The notes beneath the pieces were generated by a model that had not been told where the DNA came from, did not search any database, and saw nothing but the letters and a program-made list of their open reading frames with translations. Source: Paraspadella gotoi (lineage: Eukaryota; Animalia; Chaetognatha). From it: a stretch of 64,000 bases of DNA. Position 1 is the first letter of the stretch. The number at the start of each line of letters is the position of its first letter. A program made the position numbers and the translations under genes. The stretch is taken from NCBI GenBank assembly GCA_051294375.1, contig JBJCIZ010000282.1, forward strand, positions 1 through 64,000. The letters are read 5' to 3'. Shown here piece by piece: positions 1 to 14,540 of the stretch.

Positions 1-1113
1 ATCTAACTTTTTAATCTCTATCAGAATCCATTTTTAAAAATTTAAATTTAAAAAAAAAAATTTAAGCATTTTTTATATATTGTTAAATATTAAAATGCTT
101 CCATGTGTGAGGAAAATTAATTTAATCAAAATTTAACATCATAAGTCAAGTTGGCTTGAAAAAGACAAAAGACTTTTATTGCAGACTTTTTCATATTGTA
201 AAAAATGTAAAATTTTGGCCCGCCTTAATAAACGACTTACAAATAATATTTTCATGTTTCTTTATTACTTATTTCTTTTATAATCATTTATTTTTATAAT
301 TGTACAAAATTCTTCAATATAATTTAATAGAATTAAGTCATATCTACTCCTGTTTATAAATAGTAAAATTAATAGTTTAAGGCTTTTTTGTAATTAAACT
401 AAATAAGGACAAATGAGAGAAAATAATAAAATAAATTTTAACATTATTCGTTATTATTGCTTTAGATAACCTTTTAGATTTAATTTTTTTACCAAATAAG
501 CAAATATCTTTCATTATGTATTCATCCTGATGCATTTTTCAAGACCTTTCAGATGAACCCATTTTTATCATCTTAAGATGATTCAATCACGAGATAATCG
601 ACTTACAAGTAATATTTTCAAACATCTTTATTATTTATTTTTTTATAATAATTCTTATAATTTTACAAAATTAGTAAATATAATTTATTAGCATTAAGTC
701 TCCTCTACTCCTGCTTGTAAAAATTAAAATTAAATAGTTTAAGGATTTTTTGTAATTAAACTAAATAAGGACAAATGAGAAAAAATAATAAAATAAATTT
801 AAATATCTTTTCCATTATTCGTTATTATTGCTTTAAATAACCTTTTAGATTTAATTTTTTACCAAATATCTTTCATAATACTTTTACAAATTTGTAATGT
901 TCTGCCAGAATAAGCTTAAGCCTGATCCAAGAATGAAATGTATATAAAAATATGATCCGGATAAAAGCCACTTGAACATACAGGTGAAGAGACAGTGATT
1001 ATTGATATATGTTAATGACAGAACCGTTCAATATAAGCAGTCCCTGAGCTTCGGATCAGGCTGTAACACCATGTTACAGGCGGGTTTAGCGCCCCGTCCC
1101 TCTCAACTGCCAG

Positions 1114-1185
1114 ACGACCACCGGGCTAGAACCCCAGACCTTTGGGTTGGGAGGCGAATGACTTGCCTCCGGCACCAATGGCCGC
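1114..1185 (-). other. Degenerate tRNA-Gly-like head within a repeat (~893-1220)
   Basis: Minus strand GCGGCCA...TCGCCTCCCA...GGTTCTAGCCC...TGGTCGT, whose ends pair as a 7-bp acceptor stem; the 5' part recurs at ~55093-55152 and ~57218-57281. Confidence 0.5.
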
Positions 1186-2438
1186 TGATGAACGGTTGGT
1201 GGATTTTAGTCCACCATACAGGCATAAATACCTATTCAGTCTTTCCATAGTAATGCTATGAAGTCTTAGGTAGGATAACAGTTTCCAAAAATTATTCTTT
1301 TGCAAGTTATAAGCAAATCTCTATTTCGGGTGAGTCTTTGAGAGGTTTTTTTCACCCACATGGGTGGAAGAGAAAAATTATTTGACTTTGTTATGGTATC
1401 AGCACTTTGTCTAATTTGTTAACAAATAAAAAGAAGATTTTCATAATATGTCACTATGTATGATATAAACAAGTTTGAGCAAACAATGTCGGATCTGCCT
1501 ANNNNNNNNNNNNNNNNNNNNNNNNNCGATAATTAATATTAATTATTAATCGATTAATTAATTAATAAATAAATTTAAATGTAATAATTATTTAATTATA
1601 TCAACTATCATCATCGATGTCCTTAAAATGTGGTTAGGACAGTTATTAAATATGTTTGGTTTAACATTTTATCAAAACAAACAAATATCCTCTATTTATT
1701 TTATGTCTCTTCTCTCTCTCTCTTCTCATTCCTCTCTCTCTCTCTCTTTTCTATGCAATTGCAACGGATCTTATGCTTTTAGATTTTTTTACTTGCATCA
1801 TTTTTTCACATTATTAATTAATTAATTAATTAATTAATTAAAACATTTATTTAGTAAATTATATTAAAAGATTCAAGTAAATGTGACTTATGTTTTTTTC
1901 CATCTAAACTATTTCCACTGGCACAATTCCGTCAAAATTTATATAATTATAATATATTAATAATATTTAAAAGCTTCAGTGCAACAACCCAATGACTAAT
2001 TCAAAATTTACATTGAAATCGATTTAATAGTAAAAGGATAAAAAAATTTAAAGAGAACTAGAATTATAAAAGTGTTCAATTTTGGCCGCTTATAGATATT
2101 AGCGGACAGGTTGAAAACTAGAAGTTCTCTCAAATAAATATGGTTTAGCGCTATTCTTTTCCATACATTGAAACATTCTTTGATATTATACCATTCATTG
2201 TAGGAACCAGGTACTCTGGGAGTGAATAACAAGACTGTGCGAGAGTCTTGATTGAAGCTTGCAGGGACCTGCTATGTCATTATCTTGTAAGAGTGATGGA
2301 GGCCTAAACCCCAAAGCCTGTCCAAAGTCAGGGCGCAAGATAGCTTATTTATTAAATGAATGGATATTTTTATATTTGGTTGTTACCAATTTCATATATG
2401 AAAATGAAAATAATTTTTAAATTTTTGCTTAATCAATT

Positions 2439-5173
2439 TTAGTCGATCTGCTTATACAGATCCGACTTCTATAATCACTTTTTATACTCACTTTTTCGGT
2501 CCGTCGGTCCGCCCCGTCAATATTGTCGGCACACACTTAATCATGTCAGAACATCGAATTATGATAAATTATGCAAAAAAAATGATGTCGTCCGTCCGTC
2601 TGTCCCGTTTCCGTCCGTCCGTCCGTCGTCGTCCGTCCGTCCACCGTTAGCAAAAAACACGCAATTACTCGTGATTGGATGGATGGATTTAAATGAATAT
2701 TTTGTTGTGGTATAGGTAAGTGTGTGATTGAGCTGGATATGAAGTTTCGATGGAATCGTCCGAGTGGCAATGAGTTTAAATGGAAAAAAATCAAAAAAAT
2801 ATATTCACTATTTGAACACCAATTGCTCATGAGTAGATGGGCTGATTGACCTGGAATTTTGTATGTGGGTAGGAAAGTGTGTGATTTGAACAGGAAATCA
2901 AGTTTCGATGGAAAGTTTGAGGGAAATGATTTAAATGGAAAAAAACAAAAAAACCCTGTTTTACCTAATTGATTATGCTTCTTTTTCCTTTATATTAAAT
3001 GTATCTGCAGATGTATTATAAATGCAAATAATTAATCAGTTAATTATCAATAGTAATAAATTAATCAATAATTAATTAAATTAGTCAAATCAACCGTCCA
3101 TTCCGTCCCATCTTAGCAAAAAGCCCAATAAACTCGTGATTGGCTGGTTGGAGTTGGAAAATTTAAAATTTGTGTGTGGGTAGGAAAGTGTGTGATAAAA
3201 GCCTGGATATAAATTTCGATGGAATCGTGTGAGTGGAAATTAGTTTAAATTGAAAAAACATAAGTCGAATTTACTAAAATCTTTTTACTTATTTTAACCA
3301 ATAAATACTCCAATTAATCATAATTGGAATGGATAGATTGAGGTTGAAAATTTTGTGTGTGGGTAGGAAAACGTATGACGAAGCTGATAATAAAGTTTCA
3401 GTGGAAACGTACCAGTGGAATGATGTTCAAATGAAACAAAATATGAGTACATTTACCTGAATTTTTTATTTATTTTAACCCATGATAGATTGAGATGAAA
3501 TTTTGTGAGCCGGTGGAAAGTTGAGTTGAAGAGCTAGATATAAAGTTTTGACGGAAAATGCAAGTTGAAAAAAATTATGGCCAAGTTGAAAAATGATGCA
3601 AGTTAAAAAAATCTATAAAAGCATACGGATCGTCGCTATTGGCATAAAAAGGAGAGAGAGAAGTGAGAGAAAGAGAGAGTGAGAGAGAGAGAGAGAGAAG
3701 TAGAGGAGAGTGAAGAGAGAGAAGGAGACATAAATAAAAAAATCTTAAAAGCTCAAGATCGACGCAGAGCCCACTATCATAGCAAAATTAATGAAAAACC
3801 CGGGAAAAAAAACGAATGAATCATGCGAATAACGAATTGTTGATGTACTAGTATTGATTGAGTAATACTAATTGATTGATGTAATAGTAATTTATTTGAT
3901 GTAATAGGAATGATTATGATTCGATGTAATCAATTATTGATGCGATGATCATCATTCACTGCTGTGATGATAGTCATTCAGTGATGCGATGATTGTCATT
4001 CATGAAGCGATGATTGTCATTCATAGATGGATGATAGTCATAAAACAAACAAAATGCGTGTATGAGTGAAAGAAGAGAGAGAGAGAGAGAGAGAGAGAGG
4101 AGAAAAGAGAGAGAGAAAGAAGAAGAGAAGAGAAGAGGAGAAGAGAGAGAAAATAAATCCACGACAAATCTGCCGGAGAAATATGGGATTTTGTATGAAA
4201 AAAAGCGCGGAATAAATGGCAATATAAAAAGTTTTAGAAGGCAAAAAAAGAATCAGAATTTTTCAAAACAAACGATCACGGCAAAAGATCGGACAAGATA
4301 GGGACAGACACAACAGGATCAACAGGAGAGAGAGAGAGAAAAAGAGAGAGAGAGAAGACAGCGCTGCAGAGAAAAGAGAAGAAAAGGCGATATATATAAT
4401 TAAAAGATGAGAGAGAGAGAACTCTACAAAGCCCTTTTACTCGTTAAAGAATCTAGCAGTACTTAAGGCGCCGTACGTAGCGTGACTATTCTTACCCAAA
4501 GACCCGGGTTCGCCCTGTTCGCGGCATCGTTTTTTTAACATTAGTGACCACATTATATCTAAAAATTTTTAGTAAAAAAAATAGAAGAGAGAGAAGGAGG
4601 AGAGAGAGAGGAGAGAGAGAGAGAGAGAGAGAAAGAACTGGACAACGCTGCAGAGCCGGAACTCGTATTTTAGACCATCGAAGAAGCAGTGACGGAGAAA
4701 AAAGAGAGAGAGAGAGAAGCGACATATAATTAAAACGTTTTGTTTTGTAAATAAAACATAAAAAATACAATATGATATGAAACATGAGAATTTTAAAAGA
4801 TCTTGATGATTAGAAGCCATATATGAAATTCAACTCCCTATGATATCAACATTTCAGAAGCCATGATTGCAAAAGCGAGACCGAAAGCTTAAACCAGAAA
4901 AAAATCTTAGACAGGACAGGGCTTTGCCGCCTGCTCGATAATAGAGGAATATTGTTTGTTTGATCAAATGTAAACAAAACATTTAATAACTGTCCTGACT
5001 CCATTTATAAGACATCGATGATGACAAGCTGAATATAAATTATAATTAATCTATTAATTAATTAATCTATATTTAATTAATCTATTATTAATTATTAATC
5101 TATTAATTAATAATTAATTAATCATTAATTAATTATTATCGTAGACAGATCCGACTGGTTTGCTCAAACTTGT
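2439..5173 (+). mobile_element. Second, noisy copy of the H1+H2 composite element
   Basis: Collinear with 11886-14540 end to end, with many 1-bp indels; different flanks. Confidence 0.8.
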
Positions 5174-7346
5174 TTTTATAGATTCGTGATAGGAGCTTTA
5201 TAAAGTTAGATAAAGGCTTCTTAATACAACTTTAATTTTTTGTTGTCATTAATGAAGGAATTAAAAAAAAAAAATTTAGCCAATAATGATGATGATGAAG
5301 ATTTTTAAAGGTTTTTTTCTATTTTTTAACCATATGTTATTGTCAAAAATTGAAAAATATAGTACTAACATTCATTATAACTTTTAGAGCCGTACAAGAA
5401 ACGCTTCTTCAAAAATCAAATTTTTATAAAATTTTTTATTTGCATTGTTTATATACTTAATAAATAACTTTAAAAGCTACATGCACAACTCAATGAACAA
5501 TTCAATTATAACAAGTGTTAAATTTGGCCCGCCTTACTAATATATGATATAATTTATACAATGTTATCGGAATAATAATTTTACAATTTTAATGTATTTG
5601 TGAAGAATTTAAGTATTTTATTCAGTGAGAAAAATACAACTTTTTTATTCGCTAATTTTATCTCGGATCTGTTCTGTCTCTCCCTCTCTCTCTCTCGTCT
5701 CTCTCCTCTCTCTCTCTCTCTCTTCCCTCCCTATCTCTTTCCTCCTCTCTTTGCAACTGCAACGATCCTAGCTCATTTTTTCTGCTCTCTCTCTCCCTCT
5801 TTCTCTTGAAATTGCGAACGATCCCTTATGGCTCATTTTCTGTCTCTTCTCTCTCTCCTTCTCTTTCTCTTTTGTAATTGCGACGATGCCTTATGCTCAA
5901 TTTTTCTGCTCTCTTCTCCCTCTTCTCTCTTTTTGCAATTGCGAACGATCCCTTATGCTTTAGGATTTTTTTAACTTGGCATCATTTTTACTGCTTGGAC
6001 ATCATTTTCAACTTGCATAATTTTTTTAAATTGCATCATTTTTCCACATTATTAATTAATTAATTAATTATAACATTTATTAGTAATCAAAATTAGTAAA
6101 TCATAAATAATAAATATCAAGTAATGTGATTATGTTTTTTCATTTAAACTCATTTCACTGGCACAATTCCGTCAAAACTTTAATATCTAGCTTCTTTACA
6201 CACTTTCCTACCCGCTCACAAAATTCATCTCAATATTTATGGGTTAAATAAGTAAAAAGATTCAAGTAAATGTGACTCATATTTTTTTTTTTTCATTTAA
6301 ACTCATCTCCACTAGTACGTTTCCAACCGAACTTTATTTCAAGCATCGTTACCATTTCTTCCCCACACAAAAATTTGAACTCAATCTATCATCAATTATG
6401 ATTAATAGAGTACTTATTAGTAAAATAAGTAAAATATTTTAGTAAATGCGACTTATGTTTTTTCCACTTAAACTCCTTTCCATCCACGATCCGTCTAAAC
6501 TTTATATCCAGCTTTATCACACACTTTCCTACCCACACAAAATTCATTCCAATGCCAACCAAGCCATCACGAGTTATTGGATCTTTTTGCTAAGGTGGGA
6601 CGGATGGACGATTGATTGACTATTAATTAATTATTGATTAATTAATTGACTAATTGATTAATAACTGATTAATTATTTGATTTATTTAATACATCCTGCA
6701 TAACATTTATATAAAAGGAAAAGATTATATATTAATAAATATTTAAAAGCTTCAATGCAACAACTCAATGAACTAATTCAGTTATAACAAGTGTTAAATT
6801 TTGGCCCGCCTTACTAGATATATTGCATATAATTAAACAATGTTATCGGAATAATAATTTTATCAATTTNNNNNNNNNNNNNNNNNNNNNNNNNNNNNNN
6901 NNNNNNNNNNNNNNNNNNNNNNNNNNNNNNNNNNNNNNNNNNNNNNNNNNNNNNNNNNNNNNNNNNNNNNNNNNNNNNNNNNNNNNNNNNNNNNNNNNNN
7001 NNNNNNNNNNNNNNNNNNNNNNNNNNNNNNNNNNNNNNNNNNNNNNNNNNNNNNNNNNNNNNNNNNNNNNNNNNNNNNNNNNNNNNNNNNNNNNNNNNNN
7101 NNNNNNNNNNNNNNNNNNNNNNNNNNNNNNNNNNNNNNNNNNNNNNNNNNNNNNTCTCTCTCTCTCTCTTTGTAATTGCGACGATCCTTATGCTCATTTT
7201 TCTGCTCTCTCTCCCTCTCTCTCTTTTTGCAATTGCGACGATCCTTATGCTTTTAAATGTAACTGATTAGTGAGAAGATGTATTCATTAGGAACTAAATT
7301 TGGTTGATTAAAATCGGCCTGAAATTCTATGAGTTTTTACTATGTT

Positions 7347-8830
7347 TTTAGTCGGATCTGCTTATCAGCAGATCCCGACTCTACTAACTCACTTGTCTGT
7401 CCGTCGGTCCGCCCCCTCTCAATATTGTCGGGCACACACTATATCATGTCAGAACATCGAATTTATGATTAATTCTATGCAAAAAAACGATGTCCGTCCC
7501 GTCCGTCCGTCCCGTCCGTCCGTCCGTCCGTCCGTCCGTCACCTTACAGCAAAAACTCCAATTACTCGTGATTGAATGGCATGGATGGTATGAATATTTT
7601 GTGCTGTGGGTAGGAAAACCTGTAGGTGTAGCCAGATTTGAGGTGGATAGCGAAGTTTCGAGGAATCGTGCGAGTGAAATCGGTTTAAATGGAAAAAACA
7701 AAAAAATAATTTTTCACTATTTGAACGCCAATTTGCTCATGAGTTGATAGAGCAATTGACTTGAAATTTGTATGATGGTAGGAAAGTGTGTGATTGATCT
7801 GGATATAAAGTTTAGATGGAACGTGCGAGTGGAAATGAGTTAAATGGGAAAAAAACAAAAGTCATATTTACTTGAAGTATTTTTTAATTAAATTTACTCA
7901 TACATTATTTGATTTATTAAAAATTGAATAGATAAATCGAAATTGAATTTTGTGTGTGGTAAGGAAAGTATGTGATAAGCTGGATTAAATTTTTTGATGG
8001 GAATCGTTAGGAGTGGAAAAGAGTTCAAATTAGAAAACCAAAAGACACATTTATTTGAATTTTTTAAAGTTTCTTCTTCTATCTCTCTCTGATTGATTGA
8101 TTGATTGATTGACGCAAATTATGCCAGTTGAACAAATTCTTTAAAGTTGACCAATTAATTGCCAGTTGACCAAATTCTGCAAGTTGATCAGTTCTGCAAG
8201 TTGACCAAATTATGCCTGTGACCAAATTATGCCAGTTGAACCAAAATAAGGCCAGTTGATAAAATTATGCCAGTTGACCAAATTCATGCCGGTTGATCAA
8301 ATTATCTTAATGATAAATTTATGCTCAGTTGACCAAATTATGTCGTAGACCAAATTAGCGTCAGTTTAACCAAATTATGTCAGTTTGAACAATAATATGC
8401 AATGTTGATTAAATTATGCAAGTTGACCAAGTTAGCTTAGACCACTTAATTATCGATTGACCTGGATTTGTATGTGAGTCAGAAAAGTGTTGTGTATTTG
8501 AACAGGAAACCAAGTTGTCGATGAATCTTTGAGTGGAAATGGTTTTAAATGGGAAAAAAAAACAAAAAACCTGTTTCACTAATTGATTATGATTCTTTTT
8601 CCTTTATAATTAATGTATATGGAGGATGTAAAATAACAATAATTAATCGTTATTAATCAATTAGTCAATTAATTAATTCAAAATTTAATTAATCAGTTCC
8701 AATTCAATCCGTCCATCCGTCCCACCTTAGCAAAAGATCCATAACTCCGTGATTGGCTGGTTGGATTGGAAGAAATTTTGTGGTGTGGGTAGGAAATGTG
8801 TGTGATTTAAGCTGGATTAAAGTTTAGATT
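7347..8830 (+). mobile_element. H1 element (runs into gap) with 18-bp internal tandem repeat
   Basis: 5' hairpin at 7350, (GTCC)n, TTGACCAAATTATGCCAG repeats at ~8120-8430. Confidence 0.75.
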
Positions 8831-9717
8831 CTCTCTCTTGGNNNNNNNNNNNNNNNNNNNNNNNNNNNNNNNNNNNNNNNNNNNNNNNNNNNNNNNNNNN
8901 NNNNNNNNNNNNNNNNNNNNNNNNNNNNNNNNNNNNNNNNNNNNNNNNNNNNNNNNNNNNNNNNNNNNNNNNNNNNNNNNNNNNNNNNNNNNNNNNNNNN
9001 NNNNNNNNNNNNNNNNNNNNNNNNNNNNNNNNNNNNNNNNNNNNNNNNNNNNNNNNNNNNNNNNNNNNNNNNNNNNNNNNNNNNNNNNNNNNNNNNNNNN
9101 NNNNNNNNNNNNNNNNNNNNNNNNNNNNNNNNNNNNNNNNNNNNNNNNNNNNNNNNNNNNNNNNNNNNNNNNNNNNNNNNNNNNNNNNNNNNNNNNNNNN
9201 NNNNNNNNNNNNNNNNNNNNNNNNNNNNNNNNNNNNNNNNNNNNNNNNNNNNNNNNNNNNNNNNNNNNNNNNNNNNNNNNNNNNNNNNNNNNNNNNNNNN
9301 NNNNNNNNNNNNNNNNNNNNNNNNNNNNNNNNNNNNNNNNNNNNNNNNNNNNNNNNNNNNNNNNNNNNNNNNNNNNNNNNNNNNNNNNNNNNNNNNNNNN
9401 NNNNNNNNNNNNNNNNNNNNNNNNNNNNNNNNNNNNNNNNNNNNNNNNNNNNNNNNNNNNNNNNNNNNNNNNNNNNNNNNNNATTTAATCTCATCCGCAT
9501 TCGTCCGCCATTTTGAGAAATCGAAAAATGCTTTTCATTCAAAAATAACAAAAAAGAATTCGATATTCTTCAGAAATTACTATATGATTCTTTTCTTTGA
9601 TCGATTTTAATTTGATTAGCGCACTTTTAAAAAGATTAAAGATTTTATATTTAGCAAACTTACACCTATTACTTATAATATAAATATAAAAAATATTAAG
9701 TTAGGTTAATTTCTTTT

Positions 9718-10414
9718 TAGTTGGTCCGCCCCCTCAATATTGTCGGGCACTCACTTATATCATGTCAGAACATCGAATTATGATAAATTATGCAAAAAAA
9801 AACAATGTCCGTCCGTCCGTCCGTCCGTCCATCCGTCTGTCCCACCTTAGCAAAAAAAACAACAATTACTCGTGATTGGATGGATGGATTTGAATGAAAT
9901 TTTGTTTGTTGGTAGGGAAGTGTGTGATTAAGCTGTATATGGAATGGAATCGTCCGAGTGGAAATGAGTTTAAATGGAGAAAAAAAATTTTACTATTTGA
10001 ACACCAATTACTCATGAGTGGATTGGGCGATTGACTTGAAATTTTGTATTTGGGTAGAAAAGTGTGTGATTAAACTGGAAATCAAGTTTCGATGGAATCG
10101 TTTTTAGTGGAAATGAGTTTAAATGGAAAAAACAAAGAACCTATTTCACTAATTGATTATGTTTCTTTTTTTTTATATTAAATGTAAATGCAAGGTGTAT
10201 TATTTAATCAAATAATTAATCAGTTAATTAATCAATTAGTCAATTAATTAATCAATAATTAATTAATCAGTCAATCAATCAAGTCAATCGTTATTGGCAC
10301 TATTCTCAATGTCGTCATTGCTTTTGTCGTGGTTAATTGATAATTAATTAATTTAATTAATTAATTACTGATAATGATTGTGGGCAGATCCGACATTGTT
10401 TGCTCAAACCTGTT
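9718..10414 (+). mobile_element. Short H1 element, 5' hairpin deleted
   Basis: (GTCC)n tract, ~120-bp internal units, 3' GCAGATCCGACATTGTTTGCTCAAAC end. Confidence 0.7.
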
Positions 10415-10419
10415 TTCCC

Positions 10420-10770
10420 TATCAACGTAGAGAATGGATTATCAAGTGGCTTGTCTCTCTCGGCTTCTCCGTCGTTTCTTCTGATAGACCAATCAGAGAG
10501 CAGGTCCCTCAGGAAACCGACGGCAGAGAAACGAGAGAAGAAACTAGATTACTCTTCAACTTACCTTCAAGAAACAAACATCAAACTTCTTATGGACTAT
10601 TTGTTATATTGTTTATTGCCTGCCTTTTCTCTGCATAATCTACATAATAGTAAATATTTTGTATGTTAATTATCATCATCCCAACGTGTTCTTATGTCAA
10701 TAAAACTCCTCTTATTTCTCCCTTAATAAACTACGCCTATTTCCTTCGTTGTGGTGACAGGACTGGATTA
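10420..10770 (+). mobile_element. LTR (family D) followed by a PBS-like TGGTGACAGG
   Basis: Homologous to 22445-22744; similarity stops at ...CCTTCGTTG (10751), immediately followed by TGG. Confidence 0.65.
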
Positions 10771-11885
10771 GACTCACCACGCCTCCTAAGAAGACCACTC
10801 GACCAAAATTACGCTACCCTCCATAAAAAATTACGCTCCCCTACCAAAAAGAATTATGTCATCCTACTTAAAACTTCCGATTTGACTACTCAAAAATATA
10901 TATACTGTAGAAGACGAATTAAAAATTAAAAATAAAAATAAAAAAGATTCAACCAACAATTTTCTAAAAAGTTAAAAACGAACCACAAAAACGAGGTTAT
11001 AAGGAATAAAATCAAGACTAAAAATTAAAAAAACAAGAGCCATTTTCCGAATTCAGGAGTGCATTTAAATGTAGCCACGGTTCTTTTTATAGGAGGAAAA
11101 AGAAAATCGAAATATACCATTTCTGGAATGATAAAACCTGAAAGGTTGATATCAGGGGAAAAGCTTAGGCTAAGTCGAAAATTTTTTCCAAACTTTTGTT
11201 CTAATTTTGCAAAATATAGACTTAATTTAAACATCTATATGTCAAACGATTTAAGTAAACCGAGAGCTTTAATTTAAGACCACTCCCAACTTTCTGCGAC
11301 TTTTGGCTAAAAAGTTATTAATCAAAATATATTATTTTTTTCTTTAAAAAGTAATGAAATGGTGAGTATTATTGAGAATATAATAAGACTTTAATCTAAA
11401 TAATTGAGGATACCAACGAGTTCTATAGACAGTCTTCTTTCAATTAATTCATAAATAAAATTTTTCTTCAAGCTTAAATATAGGCATATCATCCCCCTAA
11501 AAATTTGAAAAAATATTAATTAAATTTTTAAATAATTTATCATAATGATATCGTAAACGTTTGTTTATTTATTTTTAAACAGGTTATTTAAAACGAGTCA
11601 AGAGAAAAGAGGATTTTATTATTTAAGTCTTCAGTCCTAACGCTCCTCAGATCGCGTACAGTTCGAATGTCTGGTTTTTCTCTCCTTTCACTCCTCCTTG
11701 CATGCTCACTAGGGTGGAGTGATGAAAAGATTGAGCGATGGAACAATGTTTTTTTGCTGCCTTTGTATGTGTAATAAAAAAAAATTAAGCCCTTTTTCAA
11801 AAAAAAAATTGTATAACAGTATCATTAATTAAATTTTTTTTATAGTAATATCCTTATACAAAATCATAAAATTTCAAAATCATAT

Positions 11886-13536
11886 TTTTAGTCGGATCTG
11901 CTTATCAGCAGATCCCGACTCTATAACTCACTTTTTCGGTCCGTCGGTCCGCCCCCTCAATATTGTCGGGCACACACTTATATCATGTCAGAACATCGAA
12001 TTATGATAAATTATGCAAAAAAAATGATGTGCCGTCCGCCGTACCGTCGTCGTCCGTCCGTCCGTCCGCGTCGTCCGCCCACCTTAGCAAAAAACACCAA
12101 TTACTCGTGATTGGATGGATGGATTTAAATGAAATTTTGTGTGTGGATAGGTAAGTGTGTGATTGAGCTGGATATGAAGTTTCGATGGAATCGTCCGAGT
12201 GGAAATGAGTTTAAATGGAAAAAACAAAAAAATATATTCACTATTTGAACACCAATTGCTCATGAGTGGATGGGCTGATTGACCTGGAATTTTGTATGTG
12301 GGTAGGAAAGTGTGTGATTGAACAGGAAATCAAGTTTCGATGGAATAGTTTGAGTGGAAATGAGTTTAAATGGAAAAAAACAAAAAACCTGTTTTACTAA
12401 TTGATTATGCTTCTTTTTCCTTTTATATTAAATGTATCTGCAGGATGTATTAATAATCAAATAATTAATCAGTTAATTAATCAATTAGTAAATAAATTAA
12501 TCAATAATAATTAATTAGTCAATCAATCCGTCCATCCGATCCTCTTAGCAAAAAGCTCAAATAACTCGTGATTGGCTGGTTGGATTGGAATTAAATTTTG
12601 TGTGTGGGTAGGAAAGTGTGTGATAAAGCTGGATATAAAATTTCGATGGAATCGTGTGAGTGGAAATTAGTTTAAATGGAAAAAACATAAGTCGAATTTA
12701 CTAAAATCTTTTTACTTATTTTAACCAATAAATACTCTCCAATTAATCATAATTGGATGGATAGATTGAGTTGAAATTTTGTGTGTGGGTAGGAAAACGT
12801 ATGACGAAGCTTGATATAAAGTTTCAGTGGAAACGTACCAGTGGAAATGAGTTCAAATGAACAAAATATGAGTCACATTTACTTGAATCTTTTTAATTTA
12901 TTTTAACCCATGATAGATTGAGATGAAATTTTGTGAGCCGGTAGGAAAAGTGAGTGAGAAGGCTAGATATAAAGTTTTGACGGAATGAAGTTGAAAAATT
13001 ATGCAAGTTGAAAAAATGATGCAAGTTAAAAAAATCTTAAAAGGCATAAGGATCGTCGCTATTGCATAAAAGAGAGAGAGAGAGAGAGAAAGAGAGAGTG
13101 AGAGAGAGAGAGAGAGTGAGAGAGAAAGAGAGAGAGTGAGAGAGAGAGAGAGAAGGAGACAAAAATAAAAAAATCTTAAAAGACTCAAAGATCGAGCCAG
13201 AGCCCACTATCATAGAAAATTAATGAAAAAACCCGGGAAAAAAACGAATGAATCATGCGATAACGAATTGTTGATGTACTAGTAATTGATTGAGGTAATA
13301 CTAATTGATTGATGTAATAGTAATTATTGATGTAATAGGAATTGATTAATGATTCGATGATAATCATTATTATTGATGCGATGATAGTCATTCACTGCTG
13401 TGATGATAGTCATTCAGTGATGCGATGATTGTCATTCATTGATGCGATGATTGTCATTCATTGATGCGATGATAGTCAATAAAACAAACAAATGCGTGTA
13501 TGAGTGAAAAGAGAGAGAGAGAGAGAGAGAAGAGAG

Positions 13537-13573
<37 letters not shown>

Positions 13574-13998
13574 AAGAGAATAATTCCACGAAAATCTCGA
13601 TGAAAATATGGGATTTTGTATTGAAAAAAAGCGCGGATAAATGGCAATAATAAAAAGTTTTTAGAAGGAAAAAATAATCAGAATTTTTCAAAAAACAAAC
13701 GATCACGCAAGAGATCGGACAGATAGGGACAGACACACACAGAGAGAGAGAGAGAAAAAGAGAGAGAGAGAGAGACAGCCGCTGCAGAGAAAAAGAGAAA
13801 GAGCGATATATAATAATTAAAAGAGAGAGAGAGAGAAGCTCTACAGCCCTTTACTCGTTAAAGAATCAGCAGTACTTATGGCCCCGTACGTAGCGTGATC
13901 TATTCTCTACCCAAAGGACCCGGGTTCGGGCCCTGTTCGCGGCATCGTTTTTTACATTAGTGAACCCACATTATATCTAAAAAATTTTTTGTAAAAAA

Positions 13999-14043
<45 letters not shown>

Positions 14044-14540
14044 ATCTGGACAGACGCTGCAGAGCCGGAACTCGTTTTTAGACAAATCAGAAGAAGCAGT
14101 GACGGAGAAAAAGAGAGAGAGAGAGAGCGACATATAATTAAAACGTTTTTGTTTTGTAAATAAAACATAAACAAATACGAATATTGATATGAAACATGAG
14201 AATTTTAAAGATCTTGATGATTAGAAGCCATATATGAAAATTCAACTCCCTATGATATCACATTTTCAGAAGCCATGATTGCAAAAAAGCGAGACCGAAA
14301 GCTAAACCGAATCAAAATCTAGACAGGACGGGCTTTGCCGCCCTGGCTCGATAATAGAGGATATTTGTTTGTTTTGATAAAATGTAAACAAAACATTTAA
14401 TAACTGTCCTGACTCAATTTTAAGGACATCGATGATGACAAGCTGAATATAAATTATAATTAATCTATTAATTAATTAATCTATTAATTAATTAATTAAT
14501 TATCGTAGGCAGATCCGACATTGTTTGCTCAAACTTGTTT
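11886..14540 (+). mobile_element. DINE-1/HINE-like (non-autonomous Helentron) element, family H1
   Basis: 5' hairpin AGTCGGATCTGCT-TATC-AGCAGATCCCGACT, (GTCC)n tract, 3' subterminal IR GCAGATCCGAC plus small GTTTG/CAAAC hairpin; inserted in a T-run with no TSD (empty site visible at ~60421-60440). Confidence 0.8.
13171..14354 (-). mobile_element. HINE-like family H2 element nested in H1
   Basis: Ends ATCGAGCC / GGCTCGAT are shared with copies at 48772 and 58276-60168; internal 22-bp tandem repeats and (GA)n. Confidence 0.65.

Noticed and set aside
1185-1220. Hammerhead ribozyme (CTGATGA; CTGACGA at ~51790 and ~61584)
   Set aside because: No correctly placed GAAA or stems II/III that I could find.
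3974-4820. Ser/Leu- or Arg/Glu-rich ORFs (also at 12.9-14.2, 19.5 and 31.3 kb)
   Set aside because: Translations of (GA/TC)n microsatellites inside TEs.
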